NCBI RefSeq assembly: GCF_009914755.1
Contig: NC_060936.1
DNA: 64,000 bases
Source of the DNA: the human T2T-CHM13v2.0 reference genome, Homo sapiens
Strand: one strand, 5' to 3'
Every line of letters begins with the position of its first letter. Position 1 is the stretch's first letter. The notes below the pieces were generated by a model, which was not told the origin of the DNA, did not search any database, and saw only the letters and a program-made list of their open reading frames with translations. The position numbers and the translations under genes were made by a program. Positions 52,191 to 64,000 of the stretch are shown here, one piece after another.

Positions 52191-52399
52191 TGTTTCTACA
52201 TATTTATATAATGTGTATAAAAATAAATTTTATACAGATGTTTACATAATGTGTATGTTATTAGGAAGTTTTCTTAACAGTTTTCTTGGAAAGATTTTGT
52301 ATCCATATGCACAGATTTATTACATTGTTTTTGACTGCAGTACAGTATTACTTTGTAGTGAAATAGAGAGGGTTTATCAAACATAAAAAATGTTCCAAG

Positions 52400-53960
52400 G
52401 AGGTAAATAAATGTAATTGCTGTTGATTACATTTCCTTGATTACCAGAAGAAGTAAAGTCATCTTGTAGGTTTATAGTCTATTTATAACTCCTCTTCTGT
52501 GAATTATTTTCATACCTTTTGCCTATTTTTCAATTGGACTGTTTATCTTTTCCTTATTTATTATCATTGGTTCTTTATAAATTCTGAATATTGTTCATTT
52601 GCCCTTAGTAAAAAAAGTATGCTGCATATACTTTTTCCTAGTTATCGCTGTCCTTTATATGTGTTTTGATGGTCTTTTGTTATTCAGAAGTTTGATAATA
52701 TGTTGAATTGTTGTGGGCTTTTTTGTGTACTTCAAAAGTTCCATAGTTTGTTGACTATAAAATAGCTTTTATATTTTATACTTTATGCATTTCTAAATTT
52801 ACTTTGAGAAAACCATATTCACCACAGTCATAAATAAATCCTCCTATATTTTTTTCTAATATATTATAGTTTTGTTTTTCATAGTTATTACTTTAATCCA
52901 TCTAGATTACTTTTGGGTTAATAGCATTAGCTATCGGTATAACTTTATTGTTTTTGCCACGATGTATAGTTAGAGTCTCTTATACATGGGCTCATTCCTG
53001 GATTCTCAATCCTGTCCTATTCATCTTATTGGACTTTTCCTACTCTGATATTATATATTACTGTAGATTTATTAATAATTTGATTCCTTGTGGGGCATGA
53101 TCACCATATTGGTTGATTTTGTTTGCTTATTTTTTAATTTGCTTGGTTGGCTATCGTTGCACATTTACTCTTTCATATGAACTTTATAATCAGCAGGTAA
53201 AATTCCATGAAATTTCCTTTCAAGATTTTGATTGGGATTGTATTGAATTCATAATGTAACCAGAGAGAAGTGACATCTTAAAAATCCTGAGTCTTTCCAT
53301 GCTCAAATATTGTATATGTTTACTTATTTTTTGATATGTCAGGTTTTCTTTTACACTCTTCAGGAAATTTTAATTCATTTTCTGTAAATACCTTGAATAT
53401 TCCTTATTGGGTTTATTCCTAGGCATTTCACAATTTTTGTAATAATAAACACAATGTTTTGAATACATTTTTAGTTGATCATTGCTGGTATTTTAATAAG
53501 TTGTTGATTTTTATATTTTGAACCCCACCCCTTCCTAATCTCCCTAGGAAGTTCTAATAATTTTTATTGGTTTTCTCGAAAATTCTACATAGGCTGTTAT
53601 GCATGTTATGTAAATAACAATGTTTTGTGTCTTTCTTGATAATAATTGTATCTAATGTCTATTTTTATTTTGGTATTACACTTTATTAGCCCTCTAGTAT
53701 AGCAGCAAGCAGTAACTCTGTGATACAAGACATCTTGACATTGTTTCTAACAATGAAATGCTTTGAATGTGGCACCACTAAGCATAATTCTTATTATAGA
53801 TTTTTAGTGTACCTTAACTTTTTTTCTATTTCTAGTTTTCTAAGAACATTTCTTTCAAAAATAGAAGGAATGTTGAAGTTTATTAAATGCTTGTTGGGTA
53901 TAACTTAAAATAGTTTTTCTTCTTCCATCTGGTTAACATAAGGTATTTCACTAGTAAACT
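52400..53960 (-). mobile_element. Ancient L1M ORF2 remnant
   Basis: ATTTTGATTGGGATTGTATTGAATT; TTTATTCCTAGG; GGAATGTTGAAGTTTATTAAATGC. Confidence 0.65.
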
Positions 53961-54919
53961 TTTCTTCACTGGTCAAAATAATTAAATTAATTTATTAATC
54001 CATCAGCAATTTTTTCAGGAACTTAATGTGGCTCTTATGACCTATTTAAGTGGTTAACCAAAATATTGTATTTCCAAAATGGTAAATAATTATCTAGTCC
54101 ATCTAAATGTTTATGTATGGATGACTACTGGCCTTTTCTTCTTTATTGTCCCATAAATGTTTTCCAAATCTTTACTTTGGAATAGGTACACAGCTTATTA
54201 CAGAAAATAATTTTCCTATAGACAAGCAATAGGAAAGATAGCTCATTAGTTAACATTTTACCTTAAAATTTTTATTTTTAGACTACCCATAAATTCATCG
54301 CAAATAACTATAAATTGTATTAACTTATTTAAATAAAGCTAATGAGTAATAACACTTAAAAGAAGCATAAACATTTTGCTTATCATATTGAAGATAGCAG
54401 GTAACTGTAAGAGAGGATTAATTTCAAGATCAATTATAAGTCTACATTTTCAGCAGCTTAGCTTCTAGAAATTCACAAGTCCTATACCTGATAAAAGATT
54501 ACCAATCCCACCCAAATAAGTTGTTGTCTGAAGTATTACTGTTGGAATGCCTGCCAGCCAAACTGGGATATTCCTTTATTCCCCAATCAGCCTATTGTTC
54601 CTTCGTTTCAGATTTTCTTTGTGAGAAACAATTCTTTACTTTTTGAAATGCATTCTTTAGACATTTACTTAAGCATGATCTATTGATGGTAAATTCTCTC
54701 AGCTTTTCCTGAAAATGCCTTTATTTCACCTTAATTCTAAAAACGTAGTTTTGCTTTCTTTTTTGCAGCCCTTTAAAGACATCCCTCCATTTCTTCTGGC
54801 TTTCACTGTTGCTCATGTGAAGTCAGCTGTACATCTTATTGTTTGTTATTTATAGGTAATTTGTCTTTTTTTTCTGTGTGCCTTGAAGATATTTATTGTA
54901 AACATTGGAAATTCTGGGC

Positions 54920-56049
54920 TCAGACTTTAGACCCCTTCTCTTTTCACTCCCTATTTTAGATATCTCAGCCATAGCTATAAATAGTACTTACATAACGATG
55001 ACTTCCAAAATTATATCTCCAATCCAGACCTCTATCCCTAGTTCCAGACTGGCATACCCAACTGTCTACTGAGCGGCTCTTCTTAAAATGTTTCAAAAGT
55101 AACACATTCAAATCTGATCTCATGATTTTCACCACTTTACCTAAACATGTTCCTCTGGCAGTTTTCCCCAACTCAGTAAATAATATCACTATTTTTCCAT
55201 TATCTTAGAACAAAAAGTAATCACTTTGCTTAGACATCACATTTAGTTCTTCAGAAAATTCAGTTCTATATTCAAAATTTATATAAAATTCAATCACCTC
55301 TTACCACTCCCACTGCTCTAAGCTATCATTTTCTTTTGATTGGCTTACTACAATGTATTTCTTGTTCTCCCTGCTTTTATACTTGGCTTCTCTCCAATTA
55401 GTCTATTCTCAACATAGTAACCAGAAAGATGCTATTATCTGTCAATCAGATTACAACACTTACCTGCTTAAAAGCCTCCAAAGATTTTTGCCCTTTGCTC
55501 TGAGTAAAAGCCAAATTAAATTCAATGGCTTGGAAGGCATTTACATGATCTGGCATCCTCTACCTGCCTGATTTAATCCCTTATTACTTTTTACCTTAAT
55601 CACTTGATCTAGCCACACTGATGTCCTTGCTATTCATCCAGCACATGAAGCATATTTATGCCTTGGGTTTTTGCATTACATTTGTCCCTCAGATAATCAC
55701 ATGGCTCACTCCCTCATTGGGTCTTCTTGATTTTCAGATTCTCAGGAAGACTTTCCCAGACAGCCATATTTAGAATTACAACTACTTCCAGCATTCCCTA
55801 CCTCTTTTATCTGCTAAAGATTTTGTACAGCATTTGTCACCATCAGATAACATATATATTTTAATTATTTATTTATTCACTGCCTTATTGCTCCTCCCTC
55901 CTTCTGCCCCTTAGAATGTAAATTCTGTGCAGGCACAGTTTTGTTTTGTTTCTTCCTTCTGTCTTTTCATTATTGTATCCTTAATGCTATAAAGTTGCCT
56001 GGCACATAGCAAGTGTCCAGCTCCATAAATATTTGTTGAATGAATGAAT
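54920..56049 (+). mobile_element. L2 LINE 3' portion
   Basis: ATGACTTCCAAAATTATATCTCC...TAGAATGTAAATTCTGTGCAGGCA...GCCTGGCACATAG...AAATATTTGTTGAATGAATGAAT. Confidence 0.85.
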
Positions 56050-56124
56050 ATAGGGTGTTTTGCAGTTTCTCTATAATGTGTCCTATTATGGACTTTATAA
56101 ACTTAATCCTTCTTCAGATTACTG

Positions 56125-56192
56125 AATGTAAATCTGCATTTTATCAAGATTACTAAATGATTCATATGCACATTTAAATTTGAAAAGCACTT
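56125..56192. mobile_element. MER5-like fragment
   Basis: AATCTGCATTTTATCAAG...TGATTCATATGCACATTTAAATTTGAAAAGCACT. Confidence 0.55.
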
Positions 56193-56199
56193 CTGTAAG

Positions 56200-57395
56200 A
56201 TATATTTCTATGAGTATAATTGCTGGGTCATAGAATATACCTACCTTTACAATATAATATGGAATTATTTTTTCAAAGAGATTGTGCCCCTTCCTCCAAT
56301 AATGTGTTAATACTCATTCCCTCTTACTACCATCATACTTCTTAATTTTTTGTCAAATTAGTAGGTATAAAATAATATCTCACTATAGTTGTAATTTGCT
56401 TTTTCAGATTATTGATGAGGTTAAACACTCATTTTTTCATAGGTTTATTCATAGGTTTTTGATAGGTATCTTCTTTTGTAAAACATCTACTTTACTCTTG
56501 TGCCCCTTTACTATCTGGATAGTTATTTTCTTACCAATTTTAGTAACTTGTATTTGAGATGTTAATACTTTGTTGGTAATACAGTAGCTAGCAGCTGTTG
56601 CCCAGTTATAGTCTCTTCTTTTACTTTCTTTGTGGACTCTTTGAGGAATAGAAGTTCATAATTTTAATATCATCGAACATGTAATTCTATTCTTTAATAT
56701 GTAATGCTTTGTTTTACAAATATGATATTTGATTTAATAAATTATTCCATACCACAAGGTGATAAAAGTTTCTCCTACATTTTCTTCTGAAAGCTTAAAA
56801 CACTGTTTTTCACATTTAAGTCTTTAATTCCTCTAAAATAGAATTTTATATGTATAGTGTGAGCTAGAAGTCCAATTTCTCATTTAAGCAATTTTTCCAG
56901 CACCGTTTATTGAATAGTTCCACCTCTTTCAAATGATCTGAAATGCCAGCTCCATACTATATCAAGTTTCTATAAGTGCTTAGGTTTATTGCTGAACTCT
57001 CTATTCTCTGCCATGAGCCTTTTTGTTTTGCCATACACAGATACCACACTATCTTAATTACTATATATTTATAAGTCATGATCTGTTATAGGACAAGATC
57101 CTCCAGCTAGCTGATGTTCTTCAGCAGCGTTTGATTTTTCTTGGCCCTAGATTGTCATATTTATTTTAGAATTTGTCCGTCAAGATCCATTTTAAAAGAA
57201 ACAACAACAACAACAACAACAAAACCCTGTTGGGCTATTGATTGAAATGTCATTGATTCTATAGACTAATTAGGGAAGGAATGACAACTTTAAAACACTG
57301 AGTCTTTTTGTTTATAAGCATTTAAGAACACTGTATATTTCTCCATTTATTTGGCTTCTTTTAACGTCTTTCAATATGTGGCTTTATGATTCTCT
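56200..57395 (-). mobile_element. Ancient L1M ORF2 remnant
   Basis: TTGCTGGGTCATAG; CACATTTAAGTCTTTAAT; CCAGCACCGTTTATTGAATAG; contains (AAC)n at about 57200-57220. Confidence 0.7.
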
Positions 57396-57644
57396 GTGTC
57401 TTTTTGTAACAGACTTTCAGATGGTCTCCATCCTCTGGATTTCGTGTGCTTGTCTTTCCTACTCATGAATATCCAGTCAATTTTTCTAAAGTGAATTTTA
57501 CCACATTAACTCCAGGTTCAAAAATCTGTGGTAACTTCCTGTTGCCTATGGGATCAAATACGAGCTTCGCAGGCTGGGATTTAAATGGTTCTGTTTCACC
57601 AGCCAACTTCATGTCTTGCTAGGGCTCTACTCCATTTGTTTATT

Positions 57645-57910
57645 TAGGGCAGTATTACAGCATAGAGGTAAAGAGCTCATTTAGGTAACAGAATCTAAAT
57701 AAAATTAGAGTCAAGCCCTGACTCCATCGCTTACTGGCTTATGGCTTAGACTGAGGGACTTAGTCTACCGGCTCTTCCACTATAAAACAAAGAAAACATG
57801 CATACTCACAGCATAAGGCTCTTGTAAAGAATAAATGAGACAGTGCATGTAAGTCATGTAGCACTTGTGATTTGCTAGCATGAATTGCTATTGTTGTGTT
57901 AGTATTATTA
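57645..57910 (+). mobile_element. MIR SINE
   Basis: GGCAGTATTACAGCATAGAGGTAAAGAGC...TTGTAAAGAATAAATGAGACAGTGCATGTAAG. Confidence 0.6.
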
Positions 57911-60900
57911 TTAACATATTAAAAACATAATAGAATGTCTTCTCTGAGTGAATAACCATCATCATACCTATGTTTAACTCTTTTTTGCCTATTAAAATGC
58001 CCTCCTAAAAGTGGATTTTTGAATGCTAAGCAGGATCTGGATGAGGAAATAGAGATATTCTAGGTAGGCTTTTCCCCCATGCTGGACTGGAGGTGAAGAG
58101 AAGAAACTGAGAAGAGGAGGGCCTAGGGTGTACAGACTAAGCTAGCTTATGATTGATCCCTGACATGTAAGCAGCCAGCAGTCCAAAATCATAATTACAA
58201 AGGGGCATGTATGACAAACACAGATGAAGTTTAAGCTGACCTTGACATACAAGAGAAGCCAAGAGCAATCCATTTGTCAGAAGAGAAGAGGGTTCACCTG
58301 GTAGTCATAGTGCTCAGAGCCAGGTGAGTGTGAAGAATGCTGTTCCAGGGTCTGCCTGGTTTAAAAGTACTCTGACCAGTGTTGAGGGGCTGAGGATGGC
58401 CAGACAGGTTGTCAAGCTTCATTCTAAGCATGAGTGGGTTCAGAATAGAGCTCCCAAATAGGAAACTGAAGTACCAATACTATTTTAAAATGGGAATAGC
58501 ACCACCCTTCAGATCTGACAACCCCAGCAGGGGTAGATAAGAGACGGTAGCTTCTGTCTGTGCCAAAGCTGGTCATTCACTTGCTTAGCATTTGGCTTAT
58601 AATAAAAAGGTCAGTGAAGTCCTAACACTGTTTTATTTTTAGTTTCACCTTAGGAACATAGTATTTACTCTTTATCTTGATGATACAATGCAGGTGACAC
58701 ATCACATGGAATGACACTATGTATGATGTGTAAGAGTTGGTCAGACAATGGTCTGCCCGGGAAATCTGACCATACATAACAAGAATTCCCACCAGAGGTA
58801 AACCTGAATCCATAACTAGGGAAGGAGGGCTCACAAGAACTAATGATGGCCCTAGAGTTCTGGTCTTTTTAGAGATTTATGGTTGGTGGACTGCCAGTCA
58901 TAGCAAAGGGCCCTGAGCCACCAGACAGGGAGACAAGCAGACCAGGATCGAGGAAGAAGCTTAAGTCTGCATTCTGGACCCACTTAAGAGCAAGCTAGGT
59001 AAACCCCTGACTCAAAGACTGACAGCATCTATGGCTCACATCAGACACAGTGAATATTGGGACTGGTTAGTGAAGTAGAAACATTTTCACTCCTTAGATA
59101 ATGATGTCACTGGGCTTGACATTTAGGATGCTATCAATTAACCAAATATTTATAGCTATAAAGGAAAGAAGATAAAAATTTTAAGTAAGTGGTGCTGAGT
59201 GGAGAACCATTTATTTGTTTGCTTTTTCTCTGTTTGTGTTAAGATAAAGGAGCCTGGAGCATGTGTGGAGGGTCAGGAGAATGATCCATGGAGGATCCTG
59301 AGGAAGCCAGAAACGGGGCTGAGCACAGATAGGATGATAAGCCCTCAACAGAAGGGAAGAAACCTCAGTGCCACAAGGGTGAATTTAGCATCACTTCATA
59401 AATCAGAATGGTCACTAGGACTAGGGATATACAGCAGCTGAGGGAGAATTGCAGCCAGCGTTCTGTTAATACAATGGTGGTGTTCTATCCTGAGCCTGGA
59501 CAATGACAATTTCTCCTATTTGTCTGGGAATCAGGATACTAAAACTCACCTGACATGGAATTTTGGTTCTTAGATGGTACTTGAAAAACAGAGGAGTTTC
59601 ATATTATTTCTGCAAAGATGTCAGAAAATGAGTCCAGATCAATGGCCTAACCCTCAACAACTGGGATCAGGGATTTCCCTTCTCCACCTTATTTTGACCA
59701 TTTATCAGTGATATGATAAGCCTCAACCCTCACCAAAAATGTTTTTAATGAGGTTTTAAAAGTCTCACTGGGACTTTGATTTTCTTCTTATTTTACCTGG
59801 CCTCATATTATTTCAATGACAGCAACTCAGTGGTGATAGCTGGGGTAGTGGTTGGTAATTTTTCCCTCTTGCAACTTAAGGCCAAAGTGCTGTGGTGGGA
59901 CCCAGCTGAGAAGTTTGCTTCCTGTCAGTGCACAGTTTGCTACAAGCAACTCTTTCTTTGGGCTGCCAGGGGCTGTGGTCTGAATTATGTGACACTAGCA
60001 TTCAATTACGGTAAAATGTCTTTTTAATAACTGACATTTCCAGTAAACTTGTTGTGGGTTCGATGTGCTTTGAGGCTAATTAGAAAAGTTTCAGAGGATG
60101 CTAACAAATATTTTACTGACAAATAGTTTATACTCCTCCTCTGATTTATTCTGAGCTAAAATATCAAGGGTTCTCCTTAGAGCTGCTGAAGATATCACCA
60201 GAGTATGTAAAAATTTAGTGTTCGTAACCTGGGAGTTGAAGTTAGCAATATTTCCGTCAGCGAGAAATGATGTTAGCTGCTGAGTTCAGGTCCAAAGAGA
60301 CATCTGTAAAGTCTTCTTAGGTTTCCCCTGGTCTGGTAACAAATATGCATCTCTCATGTTTATCCTCATTTTAACCAAACCACAGTGGTTCCAAGCAACA
60401 CTCTGCGGTCCAGTCATCAGTGGAGCTCAGAGGCAAACAGAATTCTGAGCATTCTCCATTTGGTGTAATCAATGTGATCTTTTTTTTTGAGAACTAATGT
60501 TAAGTTTTTCCACAAACTTATTAGGTTCTTGCTCTAGGCACTCATCTATTTACCAAAATAATTAGGAATATGCATCTTATAAACTGACTTTTCTTGGCTA
60601 GAAGTCTGAACCATTTCTATTAAATATTTTGGAGATGGGAAAAGTAATTTCTTCTCCTTCTTCTAGTTTTGGTGGAATCAGTCAAGGAACAAAGATTAAG
60701 TCAGAACCACCCACAGGAACCCACGAGCCTCTGTTTCAAAAAGTCAAGTGTCAAGCTGTAAAGATTTGTTGGGGAAATTCAACAAAAGCTCATACATTTT
60801 TTTCTATTCTTCAGAGAAGTAGAGCTGATAACATGAAATGAAAAGTCCAATTGATGCATAAACTTTGTGGTTAAATCTGCGGAGTTTTAATATTGTGGTC

Positions 60901-61309
60901 TGATCTGTTGGGAATAGCATATTATATCATAAATCACTGTACAGCTCATCGTCAAACTCACTGTTTCATTTAATGCTCAAACATCCCTTTAAGGTAAGGT
61001 AGGCATGTATTACTAACCCCTTGCCCAGATAGGAAAAAAATTTTGGAGAGTTTAGTGACTAGACCAAGGCCAAACAACTAGTAACTGTTAGAAGTAGCTT
61101 GTCCAATCTCATCTGAGTATACCAAAGATGAGAAATGCAGCCTTAGAGCATTTAATACATAAAATTTGCAAAAACTTGAAATGTGTTTTTGGTGAAGTAT
61201 CTTTTGTATGCAAAAACAATCACCTACATCTAATCTCTTAAAAGTACAGGCTATACCGGCCTATGCTCCACGTAGCTATACAGCTAGACTTAGTCTACTC
61301 TAACAGAGC

Positions 61310-62750
61310 TTCAGCCCTTACACTACATTGAAATGGTCCTCAAAAAAGTCTGTGACAATCTTCTTGTAGTATAATCCAATGAAAACTTTTCTGATCTTAC
61401 CTTACTTGAACTCTTAGTGCCATCTGTCATTCTTCATTTATGAAATTCTGTTCTTCCTTGGCACCATTGTCTTTGAGTTTTCTCAGGACAGGCAACCTGG
61501 GGCAATTGAAATGTTACTGAATTTAGGATACTACATGCATTTGGGTTACAATTCCAGCTCTGCTACTTACTAGTCTGGGATCTTGAGGCATTAATCTTGA
61601 CAACTTTCAATAAAAATAATTAATATTACCAACATTATAGGGCAGTTTGGGGATTAGAGATAATGCAAGAAAAGCATCTCATGCTCAGCCCATTCAAAGA
61701 CATTCAATGGATGGACACTCCTTCTCTGCCTGTTTCACTGGACTCTTCTTTTTTAATAAACACCCAGTTATCAATAACAACAGGGTCCTGATATATGTTG
61801 AACCTCTCCCTTTTCACTCTGTACCAGAGCTGTCCAATAGGACTTTCTTTGATGATGTTCTATAATCTGTGCTGTCCCATATGGTAGCTGCAAGCCATAT
61901 GCAGTCTTTGAGCTCTTGAAATGTGGCTTGTGCAGCTGAGGAGCTGAATTTTTAATTTTATTTCAGTTTAATTAACTCATGGTTAAATTGGAATAGCCAC
62001 ATGCAACTAGTGGCTGCTGTATTGGAGAGCACAGCTAAGCTACTACTTGAGCACAGCTACTTTCTCTTGTAGCTTTATCCCAAATCATGGCTTCAGCTGC
62101 CACTCATACCCAAAGGGTTCCCAGCTTTATATTCCAGCCTTGATTTCCACTGCCAATTAGCTAGTACTGGGTATCCCACAGGTGATTGTAATTCATCCTG
62201 TTCAGACCTGAACTCAGCATGTTTTCTTTAAACTTGCCCATCCTTCTAGGTCCTTATCCCAATGAATAGAACTATAGTCCACTTACATGTCCATGAACCT
62301 GGAGTTACCTTAGATAGTCCCTTTCTCTACCCAACCTCCGTGTATAATCAACCTACAATCTTTTGTACCTGTTACATACTCTTTTCTCTCAACCTGTGCT
62401 ATCATAGGCTTCACACAAGCTCTCATTACCTCTCACCTGAGATAATATGATGGAGATCTAATTTGTTGACCTGCTTCTAGTCACTCCTCTCACCCTAGCC
62501 TCAACCATCTTCCATTTGGCTGCCAGTGAGTTTGCTCACTGGTTTGTTTTTGTTTCACACCTGCTCAGAATCTTTCAGTGGTTCTCAAACATCTAAGGAG
62601 ATTCACAATGGCCTGCCTTCTGCCTAGCTCTCCAGGCTAATGTACCATGACACAGCCTGTGCTCTAGTTATCGAGATCTTTTTGCCATTCCTGGAGCACA
62701 TCAAATTCTCTTACACCTTTATTCTTTCACACAGGCTCTTTCACCTTACT
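61310..62750 (+). mobile_element. Fragmented L2 with nested MIR (about 61500-61715) and MER3
   Basis: TTCAGCCCTTACACTACATTGAAA; CATGGCTTCAGCTGCCAC; AATCTTTCAGTGGTTCTC. Confidence 0.55.
61825..62034. mobile_element. MER3 (hAT-Charlie MITE)
   Basis: GCTGTCCAATAGGACTTTC...TTGAAATGTGGCT...TAGCCACATGCAACTAGTGGCT...ATTGGAGAGCACAG. Confidence 0.8.
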
Positions 62751-62904
62751 ACCTACACACACCAAGGCATGTACACAAACCACAGAGAATGCCTATGCAC
62801 AAATAACTAAAAGTAGGCTGTAAAACTTCCTCGCTATGAGAAAACACACAAAAGAAAATAGAGAAAACACCAACAGAGCAAAATATTTCAAAAGAAAACA
62901 TATA

Positions 62905-63266
62905 CAGCAGTCCCCCCTTATCCATGGCTTTATTTTCCAAGGTTTCACCTACTGGGTCAACCTAGGTCCAAAAATATTAAATGGAAAATTCCAGAAATAA
63001 GTAATTCCTAAGTTTTCAATTGAACACCATTCTGAGTAGTGTGATGAAATCTTATACCATCCTGCTTCATCCTGCTCTATCTTGCCTGGAACATGAATCA
63101 TCCCTTTGTCCAGCATAGTCATGTTTGATACGCTACCCACCCTCTACAATGTGATTGTATAGGAGAAACGATAGTACAGTATATATAGAGTTCAGTATTA
63201 TCAGCAGTTTCAGACATCCATTGGGGATCCTGGAATGTATCCCCTGTGGAAAAGGGGTGACTACTG
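62905..63266 (+). mobile_element. MER44A-like (Tigger7-derived TcMar MITE)
   Basis: TIRs CAGCAGTCCCCCCTTATCC / GGAAAAGGGGTGACTACTG flanked by TA TSDs. Confidence 0.85.
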
Positions 63267-63851
63267 TAATAAAACAATTTAAGATGATATAAGAGAAACC
63301 AAACATGTATGTCAGATAAATAAAAGTCAGACACATTCACTACTTTAAAGGACTCTAATTGGATTTTAAGAAGTCTAAACTCAAAAAAGTGATATAATAT
63401 GTAAGAAAAGTTACTCAAAAAATTGGAAGTATCATTTCCATCCTTTTAGGATGGGAAAATACAGTAAGCAAATGAAAATAAAAGTAAAGCAGGGGTCAGG
63501 ATATTAAGGATATTAATGTTAGGCATGGTTGAATTCGAGGAATAGAACTTTATGGTAATAATAAGTAAATGCAACCCACAATGAAATTCTGAGCCTAATG
63601 CATCTACATCAAATAGCATCACATCTACATTCTTAAAGCAAAAATTATTAAAATATAAGGAAAAATAGAGAGACAGTAGCCATAAATAAGTTTAATTTAT
63701 CTCTCTGTCTTTGATAACTCAAATAAACCAAAAATAAGAAAAGACATAGAGGACTTAACATAATTAAGAAGGTAGATCCTCACATGGAAAAATATATACC
63801 TCCCTTTCAAGCTCCTTTCATCTACAAAGTTTGGCCATGTCTTATTAGGCT

Positions 63852-64000
63852 ACATATTAGTTGCCTAGGGCTGTCATAACAAAGAATCACAAGCTATGTG
63901 GCTTCAACCAATAGAAATTTATTCTCTCAGTGTCAGCAGGGCCGTGCTCTCTCTGAAGGCTCTAGAGGAGGACCCTTCCTTGCCTCTTCCTGGCTTCCGG
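63852..64000 (-). mobile_element. MLT1A-C-like LTR (runs off the window)
   Basis: TATTAGTTGCCTAGGGCTGTCATAACAAAG...AGAAATTTATTCTCTCA...CTGAAGGCTCTAGAGGAG. Confidence 0.75.

Overview
Primate genomic DNA, probably human or great ape (AluY and L1PA3-type elements). It is an AT-rich intronic or intergenic window with no intact protein-coding gene; more than half of it is transposable element. Main contents: (1) a full-length HNRNPA1 processed pseudogene with target-site duplications (TSDs) at 1201-3033, derived from the exon-7B (A1-B) isoform, with an antisense Alu inserted at the stop codon; (2) a 14.7-kb nested stack at 20548-35282, in which an MLT1 LTR is split by a full-length L1PA15/16-type element that itself carries an Alu, a THE1 solo LTR and a near full-length L1PA8-10-type element; (3) a 5'-truncated L1PA6/7, a 5'-inverted L1PA3, a complete two-LTR THE1D element, several Alus, L2/MIR remnants and DNA-transposon MITEs (MER1A, MER20, MER30B, MER3, MER44). 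Nearly all listed ORFs are L1/Alu/LTR remnants or chance ORFs. I found no convincing new multi-gene system. The most unusual signals are tiny insertions flanked by direct repeats: a polyadenylated ERV-LTR R-region retrocopy (47851-47978), a 5' tRNA-Glu-like fragment (31157-31182), an MST-LTR-like snippet (31722-31752) and an inverted L1-templated patch (30503-30534). Repeat subfamily names come from recalled consensus sequences and need RepeatMasker/Dfam confirmation.
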